A model generated the notes under the pieces. The model searched no databases, was not told where the DNA came from, and worked only from the letters and a program-made list of their open reading frames with translations. Positions 41,101-56,100 of a stretch of 64,000 nt of DNA are shown here, one piece after another. The translations under genes and the position numbers were made by a program. This stretch comes from Eledone cirrhosa (lineage: Eukaryota). The DNA lies in NCBI GenBank assembly GCA_964016885.1, contig OZ024740.1:22072001-22136000 (forward strand), in the 5' to 3' direction. The stretch's first letter is position 1. Every line of letters begins with the position of its first letter.

Positions 41101-44100
41101 TCATGAGCGACAGTTGGTCTTCCATAACTCACTTTGGTGACATATTGTGGGAGGCCATGTACCCATGAGCGACAGTTGGTCTTCCATAAGTCACTTTGGT
41201 GACATATTGAGGGAGGACATGTACCCATGAGCGACAGTTGGTCTTCCATAACTCACTTTGTTGACATATTGAGGGAGGACATGTACACACGAGCGACAGC
41301 TGGTTTTCCATAACTCACTTTGGTGACATATTGAGGGAGGACAGGTACCCACGAGCGACAGCTGGTCTTCCATAACTCACTTTGTTGACATATTGAGGGA
41401 GGACATGTACCCACCAGCGACAGCTGGTCTTCCATAACTCACTCTGGTGACATATTGAGGGAGGACATGTACCCACCAGCGACAGCTGGTCTTCCATAAC
41501 TCACTCTGGTGACATATTGAGGGAGGACATGTACCCATGAGCGACAGTTGGTCTTCCATAAGTCACTTTGGTGACATGTTGAGGGATAACATGTACCCAC
41601 GAGCGACAGCTGGTCTTCCATATCTCATTTTGGTGACATATTGAGGGAGGACATGTACCCACGAGCGACAGCTGGTCTTCCATAACTCACTTTGGTGACA
41701 TATTGAGGGAGGACATGTACCCATGAGCGACAGCTGGTCTTCCATAAGTCACTTTGGTGACATATTGAGGGAGGACATGTACCCATGAGCGACAGTTGGT
41801 CTTCCATAACTCACTTTGGTGACATATTGAGGGAGGACATGTACCCACGAGCGACAGCTGGTCTTCCATAACTCACTTTGGTGACATATTGAGGGAGGAC
41901 ATGTACCCATGAGCGACAGCTGGTCTTCCATAACTCACTCTGGTGACATATTGAGGGAGGACATGTACTCATGAGCGACAGTTGGTCTTCCATAACTCAC
42001 TTTGGTGACATATTGAGGGAGGACATGTACCCATGAGCGACAGTTGGTCTTCCATAAGTCACTTGGTGACATATTGAAGGAGGACATGTACCCATGAGCG
42101 ACAGTTGGTCTTCCATAACTCACTTTGGTGACATATTGAGGGAGGACATGTACCCATGAGCGACAGCTGGTCTTCCATAACTCACTCTGGTGACATATTG
42201 AGGGAGGACATGTACTCATGAGCGACAGTTGGTCTTCCATAACTCACTTTGGTGACATATTGAGGGAGGACATGTACCCATGAGCGACAGTTGGTCTTCC
42301 ATAAGTCACTTGGTGACATATTGAAGGAGGACATGTACCCATGAGCGACAGCTGGTCTTCCATAACTCACTTTGGTGACATATTGAGGGAGGACATGTAC
42401 CCACGAGCGACAGCTGGTCTTCCATAACTCACTTTGGTGACATATTGAGGGAGGACATGTACCCATGAGCGACAGCTGGTCTTCCATAAGTCACTTTGGT
42501 GACATATTGAGGGAGGACATGTACCCATGAGCGACAGTTGGTCTTCCATAACTCACTTTGGTGACATATTGAGGGAGGACATGTACCCATGAGCGACAGT
42601 TGGTCTTCCATAACTCACTTTTGTGACATATTGAGGGAGGACATGTACCCACGAGCGACAGCTGGTCTTCCATAACTCACTTGGTGACATATTGAGGGAG
42701 GACATGTACCCATGAGCGACAGTTGGTCTTCCATAACTCACTTTGGTGACATATTGAGGGAGGACATGTACCCACGAGCGACAGCTGGTCTTCCATAACT
42801 CACTTTGGTGACATATTGAGGGAGGACATGTACCAATGAGCGACAGCTGGTCTTCCATAAGTCACTTTGGTGACATATTGAGGGAGGACATGTACCCATG
42901 AGCGACAGCTGGTCTTCCATAAGTCACTTGGTGACATATTGAGGGAGGACATGTACCCATGAGCGACAGTTGGTCTTCCATAAGTCACTTTGGTGACATA
43001 TTGAGGGAGGACATGTACCCATGAGCGACAGTTGGTCTTCCATAACTCACTTTGTTGACATATTGAAGGAGGACATGTACCCATGAGCGACAGCTGGTCT
43101 TCCATAACTCACTTTGGTGACATATTGAGGGAGGACATGTACCCACGAGCGACAGCTGGTCTTCCATAACTCACTTTGGTGACATATTGAGGGAGGACAT
43201 GTACCCACGAGCGACAGCTGGTCTTCCATAACTCACTTTGGTGACATATTGAGGGAGGACATGTACCCATGAGCGACAGTTGGTCTTCCATAAGTCACTT
43301 TGGTGACATATTGAGGGAGGACATGTACCCATGAGCGACAGTTGGTCTTCCATAACTCACTTTGGTGACATATTGAGGGAGGACATGTACCCACGAGCGA
43401 CAGCTGGTCTTCCATAACTCACTTTGGTGACATATTGAAGGAGGACATGTACCCACGAGCGACAGCTGGTCTTCCATAACTCACTTTGGTGACATATTGA
43501 GGGAGGACATGTACCCATGAGCGACAGTTGGTCTTCCATAACTCACTTTGTTGACATATTGAGGGAGGACATGTACTCATGAGCGACAGTTGGTCTTCCA
43601 TAACTCACTTTGGTGACATATTGAGGGAGGACATGTACCCATGAGCGACAGTTGGTCTTCCATAAGTCACTTGGTGACATATTGAGGGAGGACATGTACC
43701 CATGAGCGACAGTTGGTCTTCCATAACTCACTTTGGTGACATATTGTGGGAGGACATGTACCCATGAGCGACAGCTGGTCTTCCATAACTCACTCTGGTG
43801 ACATATTGAGGGAGGACATGTAATCATGAGCGACAGTTGGTCTTCCATAACTCACTTTGGTGACATATTGAGGGAGGACATGTACCCATGAGCGACAGTT
43901 GGTCTTCCATAAGTCACTTGTTGACATATTGAAGGAGGACATGTACCCATGAGCGACAGTTGGTCTTCCATAACTCACTTTGGTGACATATTGAGGGAAG
44001 ACATGTACCCATGAGCGACAGCTGGTCTTCCATAACTCACTCTGGTGACATATTGAGGGAGGACATGAACTCATGAGCGACAGTTGGTCTTCCATAACTC

Positions 44101-47100
44101 ACTTTGGTGACATATTGAAGGAGGACATGTACCCATGAGCGACAGTTGGTCTTCCATAAGTCACTTTGGTGACATGTTGAGGGATAACATGTACCCACGA
44201 GCGACAGCTGGTCTTCCATAACTCACTTTGGTGACATATTGAGGGAGGACATGTACCCATGAGCGACAGTTGGTCTTCCATAACTCACTTTGTTGACATA
44301 TTGAGGGAGGACATGTACTCATGAGCGACAGTTGGTCTTCCATAACTCACTTTGGTGACATATTGAGGGAGGACATGTACCCATGAGCGACAGTTGGTCT
44401 TCCATAACTCACTTTGGTGACATATTGAGGGAGGACATGTACCCATGAGCGACAGTTGGTCTTCCATAACTCACTTTGTTGACATATTGAGGGAGGACAT
44501 GTACCCACGAGCGACAGCTGGTCTTCCATAACTCACTTTGGTGACATATTGAGGGAGGACATGTACCCATGAGCGACAGCTGGTCTTCCATAACTCACTT
44601 TGGTGACATATTGAGGGAGGACATGTACTCATGAGCGACAGTTGGTCTTCCATAACTCACTTTGGTGACATATTGAGGGAGGACATGTACCCATGAGCGA
44701 CAGTTGGTCTTCCATAAGTCACTTGGTGACATATTGAGGGAGGACATGTACCCATGAGCGACAGTTGGTCTTCCATAACTCACTTTGGTGACATATTGTG
44801 GGAGGACATGTACCCATGAGCGACAGCTGGTCTTCCATAACTCACTCTGGTGACATATTGAGGGAGGACATGTAATCATGAGCGACAGTTGGTCTTCCAT
44901 AACTCACTTTGGTGACATATTGAGGGAGGACATGTACCCATGAGCGACAGTTGGTCTTCCATAAGTCACTTGGTGACATATTGAAGGAGGACATGTACCC
45001 ATGAGCGACAGTTGGTCTTCCATAACTCACTTTGGTGACATATTGAGGGAAGACATGTACCCATGAGCGACAGCTGGTCTTCCATAACTCACTCTGGTGA
45101 CATATTGAGGGAGGACATGTACTCATGAGCGACAGTTGGTCTTCCATAACTCACTTTGGTGACATATTGAAGGAGGACATGTACCCATGAGCGACAGTTG
45201 GTCTTCCATAACTCACTTTGGTGACATATTGAGGGAAGACATGTACCCATGAGCGACAGCTGGTCTTCCATAACTCACTTTGGTGACATATTGAGGGAGG
45301 ACATGTACTCATGAGCGACAGTTGGTCTTCCATAACTCACTTTGGTGACATATTGAGGGAGGACATGTACCCATGAGCGACAGTTGGTCTTCCATAACTC
45401 ACTTTGGTGACATATTGAGGGAGGACATGTACTCATGAGCGATAGTTGGTCTTCCATAACTCACTTTGGTGACATATTGAGGGAGGACATGTACTCATGA
45501 GCGACAGCTGGTCTTCCATAACTCACTCTGGTGACATATTGAGGGAGGACATGTACTCATGAGCGACAGTTGGTCTTCCATAACTCACTTTGGTGACATA
45601 TTGTGGGTGGACATGTACCCATGAGCGACAGTTGGTCTTCCATAAGTCACTTTGGTGACATATTGAGGGAGGACATGTACTCATGAGCGACAGTTGGTCT
45701 TCCATAACTCACTTTGGTGACATATTGTGGGAGGACATGTACCCATGAGCGACAGCTGGTCTTCCATAACTCACTCTGGTGACATATTAAGGGAGGACAT
45801 GTACCCATGAGCGACAGTTGGACTTCCATAAGTCACTTTGGTGACATATTCTGGGAGGCCATGTACCCATGAGCAACAGTTGGTCTTCCATAACTCACTT
45901 TGGTGACATATTGAGGGAGGACATGTACTCATGAGCGACAGTTGGTCTTCCATAACTCACTTTGGTGACATATTGTGGGAGGACATGTACCCATGAGCGA
46001 CAGCTGGTCTTCCATAACTCACTCTGGTGACATATTGAGGGAGGACATGTACCCATGAGCGACAGTTGGACTTCCATAAGTCACTTTGGTGACATATTGT
46101 GTGAGGCCATGTACCCATGAGCAACAGTTGGTCTTCCATAACTCACTTTGGTGACATATTGAGGGAGGACATGTACTCATGAGCGACAGTTGGTCTTCCA
46201 TAACTCACTTTGGTGACATATTGTGGGAGGCCATGTACCCATGAGCGACAGTTGGTCTTCCATAAGTCACTTTGGTGACATATTGAGGGAGGACATGTAC
46301 CCATGAGCGACAGTTGGTCTTCCATAACTCACTTTGTTGACATATTGAGGGAGGACATGTACACACGAGCGACAGCTGGTTTTCCATAACTCACTTTGGT
46401 GACATATTGAGGGAGGACAGGTACCCACGAGCGACAGCTGGTCTTCCATAACTCACTTTGTTGACATATTGAGGGAGGACATGTACCCACCAGCGACAGC
46501 TGGTCTTCCATAACTCACTCTGGTGACATATTGAGGGAGGACATGTACCCACCAGCGACAGCTGGTCTTCCATAACTCACTCTGGTGACATATTGAGGGA
46601 GGACATGTACCCATGAGCGACAGTTGGTCTTCCATAAGTCACTTTGGTGACATGTTGAGGGATAACATGTACCCACGAGCGACAGCTGGTCTTCCATATC
46701 TCATTTTGGTGACATATTGAGGGAGGACATGTACCCACGAGCGACAGCTGGTCTTCCATAACTCACTTTGGTGACATATTGAGGGAGGACATGTACCCAT
46801 GAGCGACAGCTGGTCTTCCATAAGTCACTTTGGTGACATATTGAGGGAGGACATGTACCCACGAGCGACAGCTGGTCTTCCATAACTCACTTTGGTGACA
46901 TATTGAGGGAGGACATGTACCCACGAGCGACAGCTGGTCTTCCATAACTCACTTTGGTGACATATTGAGGGAGGACATGTACCCATGAGCGACAGTTGGT
47001 CTTCCATAAGTCACTTTGGTGACATATTGAGGGAGGACATGTACCCATGAGCGACAGTTGGTCTTCCATAACTCACTTTGGTGACATATTGAGGGAGGAC

Positions 47101-50100
47101 ATGTACCCACGAGCGACAGCTGGTCTTCCATAACTCACTTTGTTGACATATTGAGGGAGGACATGTACACACGAGCGACAGCTGGTTTTCCATAACTCAC
47201 TTTGGTGACATATTGAGGGAGGACATGTACCCACGAGCGACAGTTGGTCTTCCATAACTCACTTTGGTGACATATTGAGGGAGGACAGGTACCCACGAGC
47301 GACAGCTGGTCTTCCATAACTCACTTTGTTGACATATTGAGGGAGGACATGTACCCACCAGCGACAGCTGGTCTTCCATAACTCACTCTGGTGACATATT
47401 GAGGGAGGACATGTACCCACCAGCGACAGCTGGTCTTCCATAACTCACTCTGGTGACATATTGAGGGAGGACATGTACCCATGAGCGACAGTTGGTCTTC
47501 CATAAGTCACTTTGGTGACATGTTGAGGGATAACATGTACCAAGGAGCGACAGCTGGTCTTCCATAAGTCACTTTGGTGACATATTGAAGGAGGACATGT
47601 ACCCATGAGCGACAGTTGGTCTTCCATAAGTCACTTTAGTGACATGTTGAGGGATAACATGTACCCACGAGCGACAGCTGGTCTTCCATAACTCATTTTG
47701 GTGACATATTGAGGGAGGACATGTACCCACGAGCGACAGCTGGTCTTCCATAACTCACTTTGGTGACATATTGAGGGAGGACATGTACCCATGAGCGACA
47801 GCTGGTCTTCCATAAGTCACTTTGGTGACATATTGAGGGAGGACATGTACCCACGAGCGACAGCTGGTCTTCCATAACTCACTTTGGTGACATATTGAGG
47901 GAGGACATGTACCCACGAGCGACAGCTGGTCTTCCATAACTCATTTTGGTGACATATTGAGGGAGGACATGTACCCATGAGCGACAGTTGGTCTTCCATA
48001 ACTCACTTTGGTGACATATTGAGGGAGGACATGTACCCACGAGCGACAGCTGGTCTTCCATAACTCACTTTGGTGACATATTGAGGGAGGACATGTACCC
48101 ATGAGCGACAGCTGGTCTTCCATAACTCACTCTGGTGACATATTGAGGGAGGACATGTACTCATGAGCGACAGCTGGTCTTCCATAACTCACTTTGGTGA
48201 CATATTGAGGGAGGACATGTACCAAGGAGCGACAGTTGGTCTTCCATAAGTCACTTTGGTGACATATTGAAGGAGGTCATGTACTCATGAGCGACAGTTG
48301 GTCTTCCATAACTCACTTTGGTGACATATTGAGGGAGGACATGTACCCATGAGCGACAGTTGGTCTTCCATAACTCACTTTGGTGACATATTGTGGGAGG
48401 ACATGTACCCATGAGCGACAGCTGGTCTTCCATAACTCACTCTGGTGACATATTAAGGGAGGACATGTACCCATGAGCGACAGTTGGACTTCCATAAGTC
48501 ACTTTGGTGACATATTCTGGGAGGCCATGTACCCATGAGCAACAGTTGGTCTTCCATAACTCACTTTGGTGACATATTGAGGGAGGACATGTACTCATGA
48601 GCGACAGTTGGTCTTCCATAACTCACTTTGGTGACATATTGTGGGAGGACATGTACCCATGAGCGACAGCTGGTCTTCCATAACTCACTCTGGTGACATA
48701 TTGAGGGAGGACATGTACCCATGAGCGACAGTTGGACTTCCATAAGTCACTTTGGTGACATATTGTGGGAGGCCATGTACCCATGAGCAACAGTTGGTCT
48801 TCCATAACTCACTTTGGTGACATATTGAGGGAGGACATGTACTCATGAGCGACAGTTGGTCTTCCATAACTCACTTTGGTGACATATTGTGGGAGGCCAT
48901 GTACCCATGAGCGACAGTTGGTCTTCCATAACTCACTTTGTTGACATATTGAGGGAGGACATGTACACACGAGCGACAGCTGGTTTTCCATAACTCACTT
49001 TGGTGACATATTGAGGGAGGACAGGTACCCACGAGCGACAGCTGGTCTTCCATAACTCACTTTGTTGACATATTGAGGGAGGACATGTACCCACGAGCGA
49101 CAGCTGGTCTTCCATAACTCACTCTGGTGACATATTGAGGGAGGACATGTACCCACCAGCGACAGCTGGTCATCCATAACTCACTCTGGTGACATATTGA
49201 GGGAGGACATGTACCCATGAGCGACAGTTGGTCTTCCATAAGTCACTTTGGTGACATGTTGAGGGATAACATGTACCCACGAGCGACAGCTGGTCTTCCA
49301 TATCTCATTTTGGTGACATATTGAGGGAGGACATGTACCCACGAGCGACAGCTGGTCTTCCATAACTCACTTTGGTGACATATTGAGGGAGGACATGTAC
49401 CCATGAGCGACAGCTGGTCTTCCATAAGTCACTTTGGTGACATATTGAGGGAGGACATGTACCCACGAGCGACAGCTGGTCTTCCATAACTCACTTTGGT
49501 GACATATTGAGGGAGGACATGTACCCACGAGCGACAGCTGGTCTTCCATAACTCACTTTGGTGACATATTGAGGGAGGACATGTACACACGAGCGACAGC
49601 TGGTTTTCCATAACTCACTTTGGTGACATATTGAGGGAGGACATGTACCCACGAGCGACAGTTGGTCTTCCATAACTCACTTTGGTGACATATTGAGGGA
49701 GGACAGGTACCCACGAGCGACAGCTGGTCTTCCATAACTCACTTTGTTGACATATTGAGGGAGGACATGTACCCACCAGCGACAGCTGGTCTTCCATAAC
49801 TCACTCTGGTGACATATTGAGGGAGGACATGTACCCACCAGCGACAGCTGGTCTTCCATAACTCACTCTGGTGACATATTGAGGGAGGACATGTACCCAT
49901 GAGCGACAGTTGGTCTTCCATAAGTCACTTTGGTGACATGTTGAGGGATAACATGTACCAAGGAGCGACAGCTGGTCTTCCATAAGTCACTTTGGTGACA
50001 TATTGAAGGAGGACATGTACCCATGAGCGACAGTTGGTCTTCCATAAGTCACTTTGGTGACATGTTGAGGGATAACATGTACCCACGAGCGACAGCTGGT

Positions 50101-53100
50101 CTTCCATAACTCATTTTGGTGACATATTGAGGGAGGACATGTACCCACGAGCGACAGCTGGTCTTCCATAACTCACTTTGGTGACATATTGAGGGAGGAC
50201 ATGTACCCATGAGCGACAGCTGGTCTTCCATAAGTCACTTTGGTGACATATTGAGGGAGGACATGTACCCACGAGCGACAGCTGGTCTTCCATAACTCAC
50301 TTTGGTGACATATTGAGGGAGGACATGTACCCACGAGCGACAGCTGGTCTTCCATAACTCATTTTGGTGACATATTGAGGGAGGACATGTACCCATGAGC
50401 GACAGTTGGTCTTCCATAACTCACTTTGGTGACATATTGAGGGAGGACATGTACCCACGAGCGACAGCTGGTCTTCCATAACTCACTTTGGTGACATATT
50501 GAGGGAGGACATGTACCCATGAGCGACAGCTGGTCTTCCATAACTCACTCTGGTGACATATTGAGGGAGGACATGTACTCATGAGCGACAGCTGGTCTTC
50601 CATAACTCACTTTGGTGACATATTGAGGGAGGACATGTACCAAGGAGCGACAGTTGGTCTTCCATAAGTCACTTTGGTGACATATTGAAGGAGGTCATGT
50701 ACTCATGAGCGACAGTTGGTCTTCCATAACTCACTTTGGTGACATATTGAGGGAGGACATGTACCCATGAGCGACAGTTGGTCTTCCATAAGTCACTTGG
50801 TGACATATTGAAGGAGGACATGTACCCATGAGCGACAGTTGGTCTTCCATAACTCACTTTGGTGACATATTGTGGGAGGACATGTACCCATGAGCGACAG
50901 CTGGTCTTCCATAATTCACTCTGGTGACATATTGAGGGAGGACATGTACTCATGAGCGACAGTTGGTCTTCCATAACTCACTTTGGTGACATATTGAGGG
51001 AGGACATGTACCCATGAGCGACAGTTGGTCTTCCATAACTCACTTTGGTGACATATTGAGGGAGGACATGTAATCATGAGCGACAGTTGGTCTTCCATAA
51101 CTCACTCTGGTGACATATTGAGGGAGGACATGTACTCATGAGCGACAGTTGGTCTTCCATAACTCACTTTGGTGACATATTGAGGGAGGACATGTACCCA
51201 TGAGCGACAGCTGGTCTTCCATAACTCACTCTGGTGACATATTGAGGGAGGACATGTACTCATGAGCGACAGTTGGTCTTCCATAACTCACTTTGGTGAC
51301 ATATTGTGTGTGGACATGTACCCATGAGCGACAGTTGGTCTTCCATAAGTCACTTTGGTGACATATTGAGGGAGGACATGTACTCATGAGCGACAGTTGG
51401 TCTTCCATAACTCACTTTGGTGACATATTGTGGGAGGACATGTACCCATGAGCGACAGCTGGTCTTCCATAACTCACTCTGGTGACATATTGAGGGAGGA
51501 CATGTACTCATGAGCGAAAGTTGGTCTTCCATAACTCACTTTGGTGACATATTGTGGGTGGGCATGTACCCATGAGCGACAGTTGGACTTCCATAAGTCA
51601 CTTTGGTGACATATTGAGGGAGGACATGTACTCATGAGCGACAGTTGGTCTTCCATAAGTCACTTTGGTGACATATTGTGGGAGGCCATGTACCCATGAG
51701 CGACAGTTGGTCTTCCATAACTCACTCTGGTGACATATTGAGGGAGGACATGTACTCATGAGCGACAGTTGGTCTTCCATAACTCACTTTGGTGACATAT
51801 TGTGGGTGGACATGTACCCATGAGCGACAGTTGGTCTTCCATAAGTCACTTTGGTGACATATTGAGGGAGGACATGTACTCATGAGCGACAGTTGGTCTT
51901 CCATAAGTCACTTTGGTGACATATTGTGGGAGGACATGTACCCATGAGCGACAGCTGGTCTTCCATAACTCACTCTGGTGACATATTGAGGGAGGACACG
52001 TACTCATGAGCGACAGTTGGTCTTCCATAACTCACTGTGGTGACATATTGAGGGAGGACATGTACTCATGAGCGACAGTTGGTCTTCCATAACTCACTTT
52101 GGTGACATATTGTGGGTGGACATGTACCCATGAGCGACAGTTGGTCTTCCATAAGTCACTTTGGTGACGTATTGAGGGAGAACATGTACCCATTAGCGAC
52201 AGCTGGTCTTCCATAAGACACTTTGGTGACATATTGAGGGAGGACATGTACCCACGAGCGACAGCTGGTCTTCCATAACTCACTTTGTTGACATATTGAG
52301 GGAGGACATGTACCCACGAGCGACAGCTGGTCTTCCATAACTCACTTTGGTGACATATTGAGGGAGGACATGTACCCACGAGCGACAGTTGGTCTTCCAT
52401 AACTCACTTTGGTGACATATTGAGGGAGGACAGGTACCCACGAGCGACAGCTGGTCTACCATAACTCACTTTGTTGACATATTGAGGGAGGACATGTACC
52501 CACGAGCGACAGCTGGTCTTCCATAACTCACTTTGTTGACATATTGAGGGAGGACATGTGCCCACGAGCGACAGCTGGTCTTCCATAACTCACTTTGTTG
52601 ACATATTGAGGGAGGACATGTACCCACCAGCGACAGCTGGTCTTCCATAACTCACTCTGGTGACATATTGAGGGAGGACATGTACCCATGAGCGACAGTT
52701 GGTCTTCCATAAGTCACTTTGGTGACATGTTGAGGGATAACATGTACCAAGGAGCGACAGCTGGTCTTCCATAAGTCACTTTGGTGACATATTGAAGGAG
52801 GACATGTACCCATGAGCGACAGTTGGTCTTCCATAATCACTTTGGTGACATATTGAGGGAGGACATGTACCCACGAGCGACAGCTGGTCTTCCATAACTC
52901 ACTTTGGTGACATATTGAGGGAGGACATGTACCCACGAGCGACAGCTGGTCTTCCATAACTCACTTTGGTGACATATTGAGGGAGGACATGTACCCATGA
53001 GCGACAGCTGGTCTTCCATAAGTCACTTTGGTGACATATTGAGGGAGGACATGTACCCACGAGCGACAGCTGGTCTTCCATAATCACTTTGGTGACATAT

Positions 53101-56100
53101 TGAGGGAGGACATGTACCCACGAGCGACAGTTGGTCTTCCATAACTCACTTTGGTGACATATTGAGGGAGGACATGTACCCATGAGCGACAGCTGGTCTT
53201 CCATAACTCACTTTGGTGACATATTGAGGGAGGACATGTACCCATTAGCGACAGCTGGTCTTCCATAAGACACTTTGGTGACATATTGAGGGAGGACATG
53301 TACCCATGAGCGACAGTTGGTCTTCCATAAGTCACTTGGTGACATATTGAGGGAGGACATGTACCCATGAGCGACAGTTGGTCTTCCATAAGTCACTTGG
53401 TGACATATTTAGGGAGGACATGTACTCATGAGCGACAGCTGGTCTTCCATAACTCACTTTGGTGACATATTGAGGGAGGACATGTACCCATGAGCGACAG
53501 TTGGTCTTCCATAAGTCATTTGGTGACATATTGAGGGAGGACATGTACCCATGAGCGACAGTTGGTCTTCCATAAGTCACTTTGGTGACGTATTGAGGGA
53601 GAACATGTACCCATTAGCGACAGCTGGTCTTCCATAAGACACTTTGGTGACATATTGAGGGAGGACATGTACCCACGAGCGACAGCTGGTCTTCCATAAC
53701 TCACTTTGTTGACATATTGAGGGAGGACATGTACCCACGAGCGACAGCTGGTCTTCCATAACTCACTTTGGTGACATATTGAGGGAGGACATGTACCCAC
53801 GAGCGACAGTTGGTCTTCCATAACTCACTTTGGTGACATATTGAGGGAGGACAGGTACCCACGAGCGACAGCTGGTCTACCATAACTCACTTTGTTGACA
53901 TATTGAGGGAGGACATGTACCCACGAGCGACAGCTGGTCTTCCATAACTCACTTTGTTGACATATTGAGGGAGGACATGTACCCACGAGCGACAGCTGGT
54001 CTTCCATAACTCACTTTGTTGACATATTGAGGGAGGACATGTACCCACCAGCGACAGCTGGTCTTCCATAACTCACTCTGGTGACATATTGAGGGAGGAC
54101 ATGTACCCATGAGCGACAGTTGGTCTTCCATAAGTCACTTTGGTGACATGTTGAGGGATAACATGTACCAAGGAGCGACAGCTGGTCTTCCATAAGTCAC
54201 TTTGGTGACATATTGAAGGAGGACATGTACCCATGAGCGACAGTTGGTCTTCCATAATCACTTTGGTGACATATTGAGGGAGGACATGTACCCACGAGCG
54301 ACAGCTGGTCTTCCATAACTCACTTTGGTGACATATTGAGGGAGGACATGTACCCACGAGCGACAGCTGGTCTTCCATAACCCACTTTGGTGACATATTG
54401 AGGGAGGACATGTACCCATGAGCGACAGCTGGTCTTCCATAAGTCACTTTGGTGACATATTGAGGGAGGACATGTACCCACGAGCGACAGCTGGTCTTCC
54501 ATAATCACTTTGGTGACATATTGAGGGAGGACATGTACCCACGAGCGACAGTTGGTCTTCCATAACTCACTTTGGTGACATATTGAGGGAGGACATGTAC
54601 CCATGAGCGACAGCTGGTCTTCCATAACTCACTTTGGTGACATATTGAGGGAGGACATGTACCCATTAGCGACAGCTGGTCTTCCATAAGACACTTTGGT
54701 GACATATTGAGGGAGGACATGTACCCATGAGCGACAGTTGGTCTTCCATAAGTCACTTGGTGACATATTGAGGGAGGACATGTACCCATGAGCGACAGTT
54801 GGTCTTCCATAAGTCACTTGGTGACATATTTAGGGAGGACATGTACTCATGAGCGACAGCTGGTCTTCCATAACTCACTTTGGTGACATATTGAGGGAGG
54901 ACATGTACCCATGAGCGACAGTTGGTCTTCCATAAGTCATTTGGTGACATATTGAGGGAGGACATGTACCCATGAGCGACAGTTGGTCTTCCATAACTCA
55001 CTTTGGTGACATATTGAGGGAGGACATGTACCCACGAGCGACAGCTGGTCTTCCATAACTCACTTTGGTGACATATTGAGGGAGGACATGTACCCATGAG
55101 CGACAGCTGGTCTTCCATAACTCACTCTGGTGACATATTGAGGGAGGACATGTACTCATGAGCGACAGTTGGTCTTCCATAACTCACTTTGGTGACATAT
55201 TGAGGGAGGACATGTACTCATGAGCGACAGTTGGTCTTCCATAACTCACTTTGGTGACATATTGTGGGTGGACATGTACCCATGAGCGACAGTTGGTCTT
55301 CCATAAGTCACTTTGGTGACATATTGAGGGAGGACATGTACTCATGAGCGACAGTTGGTCTTCCATAACTCACTTTGTTGACATATTGTGGGAGGACATG
55401 TACCCATGAGCGACAGCTGGTCTTCCATAACTCACTCTGGTGACATATTAAGGGAGGACATGTACCCATGAGCGACAGTTGGACTTCCATAAGTCACTTT
55501 GGTGACATATTCTGGGAGGCCATGTACCCATGAGCAACAGTTGGTCTTCCATAACTCACTTTGGTGACATATTGAGGGAGGACATGTACTCATGAGCGAC
55601 AGTTGGTCTTCCATAACTCACTTTGGTGACATATTGTGGGAGGACATGTACCCATGAGCGACAGCTGGTCTTCCATAACTCACTCTGGTGACATATTGAG
55701 GGAGGACATGTACCCATGAGCGACAGTTGGACTTCCATAAGTCACTTTGGTGACATATTGTGGGAGGCCATGTACCCATGAGCAACAGTTGGTCTTCCAT
55801 AACTCACTTTGGTGACATATTGAGGGAGGACATGTACTCATGAGCGACAGTTGGTCTTCCATAACTCACTTTGGTGACATATTGTGGGAGGCCATGTACC
55901 CATGAGCGACAGTTGGTCTTCCATAAGTCACTTTGGTGACATATTGAGGGAGGACATGTACCCATGAGCGACAGTTGGTCTTCCATAACTCACTTTGTTG
56001 ACATATTGAGGGAGGACATGTACACACGAGCGACAGCTGGTTTTCCATAACTCACTTTGGTGACATATTGAGGGAGGACAGGTACCCACGAGCGACAGCT